Below are positions 37,236 to 44,701 of a DNA stretch of 61,136 bases, in pieces. The DNA lies in the IMG/VR virus record IMGVR_UViG_3300050132_000502. One strand, given 5' to 3'. The translations under genes and the position numbers were made by a program. The notes under the pieces were generated by a model that was given only the letters and a program-made list of their open reading frames with translations, had not been told where the DNA came from and searched no databases. Position 1 is the first letter of the stretch. Every line of letters begins with the position of its first letter. The stretch comes from an uncultured virus (IMG/VR IMGVR_UViG_3300050132_000502). Taxonomy: Duplodnaviria > Heunggongvirae > Uroviricota > Caudoviricetes.

Positions 37236-37290
37236 AGACAACTCCTCTTGATTGATGGACTAGTCATCTTCACACCAACCACTAACTACG

Positions 37291-38748
37291 TCAAGAAGAA
37301 ATTAACCCGCGCAACATCACCAACGCTTCAGCCTCAGTCGTCACCACCCCGTCCAACTGTGCGTCGTAGACGGCTCCGAGGTATTCCTTAAACCGAACCC
37401 CTGGTTCAAGTCCTAGAGCAATGAGGTGGCGTCCATTCACAAGACCTTTCGGTGGCCCGTCGCGTAGGTCAAGGTTCTTCACTCGCTCGCTGAACGCGTC
37501 GATCTTGTCGAAGGCTTCAGAGTTCGCCAACGGTGGTCGCCCGCCGGAGTCCGCTCTCGACAACTGTGCGAGGAGATCGAGTCGCGGCACTTTGGTGGAG
37601 AGTCGTCGGATGGCCTTGTCGGTCGTCAGCGTTACTGGAGCAAGGTGGTGTTCAACAAGTGGTGTTACTTCATCCGTCAGTCGCAACTGTCCGAGTCGCT
37701 TTAAGAGTGACTGGGTGAGGGGCACTCCCGCCTCCTCGTGACCGTGGGAGCGGAACCGTCCGTCGAAGAACTTGGTGGTGTTCGCTTTTCCGAGATCGTG
37801 ACACATCGCCGCCACAGCCACCACGAGGTCGTCGTGCTCGTCACCGATCCGGTGTGCGTCCGCATAGTCAAGGACGTGCGCCGTGTGTACGAAGACATCC
37901 CCTTCGGGGTGCCATCCCGCGTCTTGCTCGACACCACGGAGCGCAGCCACCTCGGGGAAGACGTCGATCCAACCGATGTTGTTGAGCGCGTGCAACGCCG
38001 TGCCGGGGGACTGTGACTGAAGGATGCCGACCAACTCACCCCACACTCTCTCGGGTGGGAGGTGCTCCGCGAGCGGTCGCATGTTTTGACAGAGATCGAC
38101 GGTGCTCTGGTCAATGTCGAAGCCGAAGCGTCCGGCGAATCTCGCCGCTCGCAGCGGTCGCAGCGCGTCTTCGCTGAACTTGTCGGAGACGTGCTTGATG
38201 ATCCCCGCACGGAGATCAGCCTCGCCGCCGAAGGGGTCGAGGAGTTCTCCGGTGAGAGGGTCGAGACCCATTGCGTTGATGGTGAAGTCGCGTCGGCTCG
38301 CGGCGGTCTCGAAGTCGAGGTCTTTGTCCGCCCTCACGTCGAAGTCGGTGTGCTTAGAGCCGGTCACCTCCTCGGTCCGGGGAAGCGCCAGGTCGATCAC
38401 ATCCGCCGATCCCGGCACCTTGACCTTGAGCACGGAGAAATTCGCGCCGGTCACGTCAAGCGAAAACTTGTTCGCCACGATCTCGTGGACAGTCTCCAGG
38501 TCGAGGCCCGCGACTTCGAGGTCGAGATCGTGGCTGGGGAGTCCCAGCAGCATGTCGCGGACGGAGCCGCCGACCACGGTGACCGACCCGCCGGACTCGT
38601 GGAGGTCGGTCACCAGAGTGTCGAGCGTGGCCTGAGTCGAGCGGTCGAGCGGGAGCCGGTGCCCAAGGCTGAGACCCTCGGGGTGGCGGAACTCGGTGAA
38701 GCGGCCACCGGTCACAGGGTTGCCCTTAGGCACTCTCGGTCGGTCCAC
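37291..38748 (-). CDS. cca: CCA tRNA nucleotidyltransferase/poly(A) polymerase family with HD domain, carrying the N-terminal leader tag
   Basis: VGGSVRD..LG...DLDLE, RRDFTINA, EDALRPLRAARF, ERV, HPEGDVFVHT, CHDLGK. GTG at 38748 follows AAAGGAG and gives MDRPRVPKGNPVTGGRFTEFRHPEG. Confidence 0.9.
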   Translation of the reverse strand: MDRPRVPKGNPVTGGRFTEFRHPEGLSLGHRLPLDRSTQATLDTLVTDLHESGGSVTVVGGSVRDMLLGLPSHDLDLEVAGLDLETVHEIVANKFSLDVTGANFSVLKVKVPGSADVIDLALPRTEEVTGSKHTDFDVRADKDLDFETAASRRDFTINAMGLDPLTGELLDPFGGEADLRAGIIKHVSDKFSEDALRPLRAARFAGRFGFDIDQSTVDLCQNMRPLAEHLPPERVWGELVGILQSQSPGTALHALNNIGWIDVFPEVAALRGVEQDAGWHPEGDVFVHTAHVLDYADAHRIGDEHDDLVVAVAAMCHDLGKANTTKFFDGRFRSHGHEEAGVPLTQSLLKRLGQLRLTDEVTPLVEHHLAPVTLTTDKAIRRLSTKVPRLDLLAQLSRADSGGRPPLANSEAFDKIDAFSERVKNLDLRDGPPKGLVNGRHLIALGLEPGVRFKEYLGAVYDAQLDGVVTTEAEALVMLRGLISS

Positions 38749-38771
38749 GTCGCTCCTTTGCCTCCTTCCAT

Positions 38772-38780
38772 TATGGGTGC
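38772..38780 (-). promoter_or_regulatory. GCACCCATA motif upstream of the leader-tagged cca gene
   Basis: Third identical copy (reads GCACCCATAAT). Confidence 0.6.
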
Positions 38781-39099
38781 GAGGCCGCGTGGATCGGGTG
38801 ACTGAGAACGTGACGTGACGGGCTGGACGACAAGAGGTTGTCAACTGCTTGTTGAGCGCAGCGCGGTGGCAGCGCGGGGTGGTCTCCGCCTCATTCGCGA
38901 GGGGCGCGGTTTCGCAGCGAAGCGTAGAAAAGTTGACGAAAAGTGCATAGTGGTGAAGATTCCCTCAAAATGGGCTGTTTTCTGGTCTCCGGCGCTCGAA
39001 ACCGTAATTTTGGTGTAATCCGAGGAGGGGCGGGGAGGGGCTGGAGGTGGCCGGTTGATGGTGAAAGTGGGGCTGAAGGGTCTTGATCTCCGTCTTCAG

Positions 39100-39450
39100 A
39101 GGTCGCTGGTCACAAAAGAGCCATTTGTAACACCAGTGTGACCACTTATCTTACCTGATCAAAGGCTATTTATTGGGTAGTTGTCACCTGTCACGCAAAG
39201 GTAGAGAGTGTGTATATAGGTGAGTGAGAAAGTGAGGGGCGGAGATCGTCGAGCGCCGGTAGATGAAAAAGGTTCCATAGGAAACATACTCTGGTGGAGG
39301 GTGTTTATGCGTGACTACCTATATAAATAAATACTTAATTATTACTTATATTTATATATAGGGAAAGGCTTTTCGGCGAGTCACACCTCCCAAAAATCGG
39401 GTGTCACAAAATGCGTGACAGGGTGTTACGAAGCGTGACAGGTTCACCGT
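39100..39450. other. Candidate replication origin: AT-rich core flanked by GTCAC/GTGAC iteron-like repeats in both orientations
   Basis: Near-pure A/T tract at ~39320-39360 and about 10 TGTCAC/GTGACA-like units. CCTGTCACGCA (39187-39197) is the reverse complement of TGCGTGACAGG (39412-39422). Located at the divergence in gene orientation. Confidence 0.55.
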
Positions 39451-39770
39451 ACATCACCAATCGGCAAAACTGGTGGTCTTGCTGGTTTCCTCACTTCCGG
39501 CTTTCTTCATCTTCGGGGGGTCTCCGGCCACGTCAGGTAGGTGATGGCGACATCGAGCACCAGCGATCCCGTGTGTTCGAGCAACACCGTCGCGGGGTGC
39601 AGCGGCAGCGCAGCCGCATCGAGCATGAACTTTCCAGTGGTCAAACCAGGGAGCAGGTAATAGCACATTTTGTGCTTATGGAGTTTCTTCATTCCCCGTA
39701 CCGTCCGGGCTGGAGGCGGCAGCGCACTCATCTGACGAAGATTTTTTGACACCCCGAGAGCCGGTCCACG

Positions 39771-39797
39771 GGGGCGACTCCGGCTCGCTCGGGCTAG
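39771..39797 (+). promoter_or_regulatory. Bipartite promoter-like motif GGGGC-N14-CGGGCTAG (plus strand)
   Basis: 30 nt upstream of ligA. Its orientation follows the gene direction. Confidence 0.6.
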
Positions 39798-39827
39798 GAA
39801 GTCGGTAAGGAAAATGACGAGGGGCCA

Positions 39828-41849
39828 ATGACCATCACCACGAAGAAGTCCTATGACGAGGCGGTCTCCAAAGTCCAGGCCGCAGCGATGGCGTACTACG
39901 AAACTGACTCCCTCGAAATTGACGACCCGACGTACGACGCCCTCTTGCGCGAGATCGCTACCGCCGAGATAGCCCACCCCGAGTGGTCGGTTGGGGCATC
40001 GACATCGGTCGCGGCTGGTGCGCTCAGTGGTGGCGACATCACCCACTCATCGAAGATGCTGAGTCTCGACAACGCGATGGACAGCGACGAACTCACCACC
40101 TGGTTCAAGAAGATCACCTCAGTCATCGGAGCCACGGCTCCCTTCGTGGTCGAGCCCAAACTCGACGGGCTCGCCATCTCCGCTACCTACATCGGTGGAG
40201 TTCTTCATCGTGCGGCGACCCGAGGCGACGGAGCGTCCGGCGACGACGTAACTGAACGAGCCAAGACCATCGCCGGTCTCTCGGTGTTCCTCGCCCAACC
40301 CCTCGACATCGAACTTCGTGGTGAGGTCTTAATGACCAACGACGACTACACCGAAGCCCAGTCCCATCGTGCCGAGTACGGCAAGCCCGAGTTCACCAAT
40401 CGCCGGAGCGCCGCCGCTGGCGGACTTCGCAACTCCAATCTTGAAGAGGTCGTCCCTCTCACCTTCTCGTGCTACGGCGCGTACGGAGTTCCCGAGGTCG
40501 AGGGCGACCACTCTGACGCAATGGACTTCGTCCGCTCACTCGGAGTCACCATCGCTCGGGACCGTCTCAGTCTCGACGGCGGCATCGCCGTCGGACTCGA
40601 CGCGATACTCGACACCATCGCCTACTTCGAAGACGCCCGCGACGGCCTCGCGTTCGAGATCGACGGAGCCGTCATCAAGGCAAATCGTCAGAGCGACCGC
40701 ACGAAAGCCGGTGAAGGGTCCAAGGCTCCCAAGTGGGCCATCGCCTTCAAGTACCCCGCCGAGGAGCGACTCACCACTCTCATTAACGTGAACTGGCAAG
40801 TCGGTCGGACCGGCGTCATCACTCCTCGCGCCGAGATCACCCCGACCGAAGTCGGCGGTGTCATCGTCACATTCGCCACGATGCACAACGTGGACCACAT
40901 TTCACGCAACGGCTGGAGGATCGGCGACACGGTTGGTATCCGTCGTGCGGGTGATGTCGTGCCAGAACTCCTGGCTCCCCTCCTCGAACAGCGAGCGGAC
41001 ACCACCACCTACGAAATCGAACTACCCACCGTCTGCCCCCAGTGCGGTGCCGACATCGACAAGTCACAGGCACGGTGGCGTTGCTCGCGAGGTCGCGCCT
41101 GTGGCGCAGTCGAAGCAATCTCCTACGCGGTGAGTCGTGACGCCCTCGATATCGAAGGCATGGGGTCCAAGTTGGTCGAGCAGTTAGTGAAGAGTGGACG
41201 AGTCCTTGACGTCGCCGACCTGTTCACTCTGACTGTGGCCGACCTCACGAAACTCGACCGCATGGGTGAGACCTCCGCACAGAACGTCATCGCTCAAATC
41301 GAAGTCGCCAAAGGCCAACCACTCGCGAGGTTCATCACCGCACTCGGTATCCGTGGCACAGGTCGCAGTCTCTCTCGACGACTCGCTACCTACTGCGGAC
41401 GGCTCAAGAACCTCTTAGACATCAGTGCCACCCAACTCACCAACGTGGACGGTATCGGCACCGAGAAGGCAGCACTCATCGTCGATGAGATCGACGACAT
41501 TCGACTCACTATCGAGAAGTTGATCTCCCTCGGATTTGACTTCGGCGGCGAGTCCAAGAAGGTTGTTCTCACTGAGTCCAAGGCTCCCAACGGACCCGAC
41601 GTCGAAGGCATCTTCGACGGTAAAACCATCGTGGTGACGGGCTCTATGACCGGAGCACTCGCCGAACTCTCACGCAACGAGATGAACGAACTCATCGAGT
41701 CCTGCGGTGCGAAGTCTTCATCGTCAGTCTCCAAGAACACTTCGTTCGTCGTCGCGGGTGACGGAGCGGGGTCCAAGTTATCCAAGGCCAACGAACTCGG
41801 CATCAAGGTCTACACCCCGGACGAGTTTGCAAAGATGCTGAACATATGA
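39828..41849 (+). CDS. ligA: NAD-dependent DNA ligase
   Basis: MLSLDN, EPKLDG, TRGDG, RGEV, IDGAVIK, PKWAIAFKY, VGRTG, RRAGDVVP, Zn finger, HhH and C-terminal BRCT. Confidence 0.97.
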   Translation: MTITTKKSYDEAVSKVQAAAMAYYETDSLEIDDPTYDALLREIATAEIAHPEWSVGASTSVAAGALSGGDITHSSKMLSLDNAMDSDELTTWFKKITSVIGATAPFVVEPKLDGLAISATYIGGVLHRAATRGDGASGDDVTERAKTIAGLSVFLAQPLDIELRGEVLMTNDDYTEAQSHRAEYGKPEFTNRRSAAAGGLRNSNLEEVVPLTFSCYGAYGVPEVEGDHSDAMDFVRSLGVTIARDRLSLDGGIAVGLDAILDTIAYFEDARDGLAFEIDGAVIKANRQSDRTKAGEGSKAPKWAIAFKYPAEERLTTLINVNWQVGRTGVITPRAEITPTEVGGVIVTFATMHNVDHISRNGWRIGDTVGIRRAGDVVPELLAPLLEQRADTTTYEIELPTVCPQCGADIDKSQARWRCSRGRACGAVEAISYAVSRDALDIEGMGSKLVEQLVKSGRVLDVADLFTLTVADLTKLDRMGETSAQNVIAQIEVAKGQPLARFITALGIRGTGRSLSRRLATYCGRLKNLLDISATQLTNVDGIGTEKAALIVDEIDDIRLTIEKLISLGFDFGGESKKVVLTESKAPNGPDVEGIFDGKTIVVTGSMTGALAELSRNEMNELIESCGAKSSSSVSKNTSFVVAGDGAGSKLSKANELGIKVYTPDEFAKMLNI

Positions 41850-42304
41850 CCCCTGACGTCATCTACCGTTTCGTGTGGCCGTGGGATGTTCTCTCGAACT
41901 TCCACCAGTCGCCACTCATCTACCAAGGCATCACCTACCCCACGGTCGAACACGCTTTCCAGGCGGCGAAGACTCACGAGAGATTCTTGCGCGAACAGAT
42001 CGCCGAAGCCAAGACTCCCTCCGTGGCGAAGCAACTCGGACGGCAAGTGAAATTGCGCGGTGACTGGGAAGACGTGAAGGACTCCATCATGGAGGAACTC
42101 CTCACCATCAAGTTCTCAGAGATCGAACCGGCCATGCTTCTCAACACCAGTGGTGACGCACTCCTCGTCGAAGGCAATAACTGGCACGACCAATACTGGG
42201 GCGATTGCCGATGCGGGCAACACATCGGGGTCACCGGACTCAACCGGCTCGGTGAACTTCTCATGGTCGTCCGTTCCAGAAACCGAGAGACCATCAACCA
42301 ATGA
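41846..42304 (+). CDS. NADAR-family protein (YbiA-like)
   Basis: LSNF, YPTVEHAFQAAK, AKQLGR, DWE, KF, LVEGN.WHD.YWG, GLNRLGELLM. Confidence 0.9.
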   Translation: MTPDVIYRFVWPWDVLSNFHQSPLIYQGITYPTVEHAFQAAKTHERFLREQIAEAKTPSVAKQLGRQVKLRGDWEDVKDSIMEELLTIKFSEIEPAMLLNTSGDALLVEGNNWHDQYWGDCRCGQHIGVTGLNRLGELLMVVRSRNRETINQ

Positions 42305-43179
42305 GGATTTTTCTGAGCGGCCCCATGAACGAAATCGAAATGTTCAACTACCCCGCTTTCGATCTCAACGAGGAGTGGCTACGTGACGGCGGGTGGGATG
42401 TCGTCTCTCCTGCCGAACTCAATCGTCAAGTCGGACTCAGTGAGTTTGCGCTACCAGAGGAATTCACCGACACCGATTACCACAAGACCATGATCCGTAA
42501 CTACACCGCTCTCTTGACGTGTGACGCCATCGCATTCATGCCTGGATGGGGACAGTCCAAAGGATCAAACCTAGAACGTGATCTCGCTCAACGAATCGGC
42601 TTACCCATGTACCGAGTCGATGCGGCCAGCGACTACTTCGAGAAGGAACTCATCCTCGGGATCGGTGGGTACGCCAAGTCCGGCAAAGACACGCTCGCTA
42701 ACCTCCTCGTCGAGGGCTACGGCTTCGAACGACACGCTTTCGCCGATGCACTGAAGAGTGTTCTCTACTCCGTTAGTCCCGCTGTCAATGTCGATGGACG
42801 ATACACCCCGCTCAAGAAAGTGATCGACGATTTTGGGTGGGATGACGCCAAGCGGTATCACCCCGAGATCAGAGAGATTCAACAGGGACTCGGCAACGGA
42901 GTGCGAGACAACGTCGCTGACAACACGTGGGTGAGAGTCGTGATGGAAACTCCACATGGTCCGAGGCTCGCGATCCCTGACACTCGATTCCCCAACGAGA
43001 GTGACGCCATCCATCGCAACGGCGGGTACGTCGTGCGCATTGACCGAGAGGGAATCGGCCCGGTGAACAACCACTCCTCAGAGTCTCTCGACATCAATCC
43101 CGATCTCATCATTGCGAACAACGGCAAGCCTGAGGAGATGCTTCCTCCGTTGCTCGAATTTCTTGGCAACGTTTTATGA
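42301..43179 (+). CDS. DUF4406/nucleoside deoxyribosyltransferase-like domain fused to a deoxynucleoside monophosphate kinase
   Basis: N-terminal IFLSGPM...FNYPAF...SPA...CDAI..MPGWxxSKG..E. C-terminal GGYAKSGKDT, AFADALK, DTRFPNE, HSSE. Confidence 0.8.
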   Translation: MRIFLSGPMNEIEMFNYPAFDLNEEWLRDGGWDVVSPAELNRQVGLSEFALPEEFTDTDYHKTMIRNYTALLTCDAIAFMPGWGQSKGSNLERDLAQRIGLPMYRVDAASDYFEKELILGIGGYAKSGKDTLANLLVEGYGFERHAFADALKSVLYSVSPAVNVDGRYTPLKKVIDDFGWDDAKRYHPEIREIQQGLGNGVRDNVADNTWVRVVMETPHGPRLAIPDTRFPNESDAIHRNGGYVVRIDREGIGPVNNHSSESLDINPDLIIANNGKPEEMLPPLLEFLGNVL

Positions 43180-43598
43180 GTCATTTTGATCGCTGGTTCA
43201 AATTTGCGCAGTCTTACTGGTACGGTCCACTGCTCGCGCTCGCGATTGACATGCTGTTCGAAAACCTCCTCGTCTTTCTCGGCACATCGAGACTCTGGTC
43301 ATTCGTCATTGCCACACCTCTTCACCTCGTGGTTTTGTCAGCCGCAGCAACTCGGCTGCGGTCACGGAATGTGGTGCTTCGAGCACTCGCCGGTTTCTAC
43401 ATCGCGTGGCTCTTGCTCTACCCGGACCTGAACTCGATCCAACGCGACGCCCACGGCACCGAGGTATTTATCATCCTCGGTCCGGTCTTGGTCATCATGG
43501 TGGTGCTCATCGTCTTTGCGGCGGCACAGACTCTCGGCGAGCACACTGGTCACGCCGATGCGGTCGTCGGTGAACGTCGAATTCGGCTGGAGGTGTAG
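43176..43598 (+). CDS. Membrane protein (about 4 TM)
   Basis: Four hydrophobic segments. Coupled to the kinase gene. Confidence 0.65.
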   Translation: MSHFDRWFKFAQSYWYGPLLALAIDMLFENLLVFLGTSRLWSFVIATPLHLVVLSAAATRLRSRNVVLRALAGFYIAWLLLYPDLNSIQRDAHGTEVFIILGPVLVIMVVLIVFAAAQTLGEHTGHADAVVGERRIRLEV

Positions 43599-43645
43599 GA
43601 ACCGAAGCACCTCCTCCTTGTAGGAACTTCCGGCGCGGGTGGTCT

Positions 43646-43813
43646 TCATGTGGTGAGTGACTCCTCCTCGGCCCACGCACGGCCTTGGTGCGGCGTCCAT
43701 CCAAGAATCGACAGCGCCCGAAGAACTCGTGGGTCCTCGAACCATAAGTGCTCCGGCATGAGACCGGCGATGGTCAGCACATCCTTGGCAAGTTCTTCGC
43801 GTGTGACCTCCAC
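43646..43813 (-). CDS. Small hypothetical protein
   Basis: GTG at 43813 follows AAAGGAGG and lies downstream of a promoter motif. Confidence 0.5.
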   Translation of the reverse strand: MEVTREELAKDVLTIAGLMPEHLWFEDPRVLRALSILGWTPHQGRAWAEEESLTT

Positions 43814-43835
43814 GGTCCTCCTTTGTCTTCCCACT

Positions 43836-43865
43836 CTCTAGCCCGCCCGGTCCGACAGCGGCCCG
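43836..43865 (-). promoter_or_regulatory. Bipartite promoter-like motif CGGGC-N15-CGGGCTAGAG
   Basis: Recurring motif. Confidence 0.55.
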
Positions 43866-44070
43866 CCCACGGTGAATCTCATCATTTCAAATCGACGGAC
43901 ACACCTGCTCCGTCATGAACGGTCCGGCGATAGCCGCTCGAAATAAGTGGGGGTCTCCGAGTGGCTCGTTTCCTTAAAAGAGGCTCCGCCGCTGGCGCGG
44001 CTTCGCCCGTGTGTCGGCACGGGTCGACTCGTCGGTGCGCCCACGAGGAGGGTGCGTTCCACGTGCCGGA

Positions 44071-44158
44071 GCGCAGAGCATCGATTCGGCGTAGAGCATC
44101 GAAAAGAATCCCTTGGACTGGCAAACCCTCGCGGGGCGAAAGGGGGCGTAGAGCATCG
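44071..44158 (+). repeat. Three copies of GCGYAGAGCATCG (44071-44083, 44089-44101, 44146-44158)
   Basis: Read directly. They lie in an ~830-bp apparently non-coding gap. Confidence 0.75.
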
Positions 44159-44701
44159 TGAAGAGACCTGGTCCCCCTCAACGTCGTAGGTCCGTGGCAC
44201 GGGTGCAAACGCGGCGCGGGTGATCGAAGAGGACATCGACAACAGTCGGTGGACTCGGCATCGGAGGGACTGGCCGAGATCGAAGATCGCGGGTGCGGGC
44301 GCAAGACGGAGCGTTCAGAGTGAGAAGAGATTGCCAACCAGCAAGCCTCGACGAATCGATGAACGCGACGACGTAGATGTCCGCACTGCCAGGACCGGTG
44401 ATCGGAGATCACGCTGACCACGGTCAGCCAACGCCACGAGCCAACATGACACCAACCAATGCGAGTGGCCTCACGCCGAAGGCGTGCACGTCGAGCGTTC
44501 TCTGCGAGACTTTCCGTAAGCGACTAGCGAGCAATCAGCGCGAAGTGGGCGAGTGCCGGAGATGGAGGAAACAGCCGAGCGGCGGGGGCGTGTGGGTTTG
44601 CTGGGAGACGCTGTATAAAAACTCAACTCGATTGCGCGATAAAACCTTCTAGTTCCCCCGAGAGGGGTAGGATGTCCGACTAGGTCACCGGAAGGAAGAC
44701 G

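Larger units (their letters stand above)
34085..37305. repeat. Repeat B: ~65-bp imperfect direct repeat pair (34085-34150 and 37239-37305) containing a sigma70-like promoter and RBS on the minus strand
   Basis: caactcc...attgatgga...catctt(c)cacaccaacca...tacgtcaagaagaaatYaa. The minus strand reads TTGACG-N17/18-GAAGAT...GGAGTTG..ATG. Confidence 0.8.

Noticed and set aside
44118..44160. GGCAAACCC...GAAAGGGGGCGTAGAGC resembles the start of a c-di-GMP-I riboswitch
   Set aside because: The GCAAAGC segment and the downstream P3 stem do not match convincingly, and it lies over 500 nt from the next start codon. An Infernal search would be needed.
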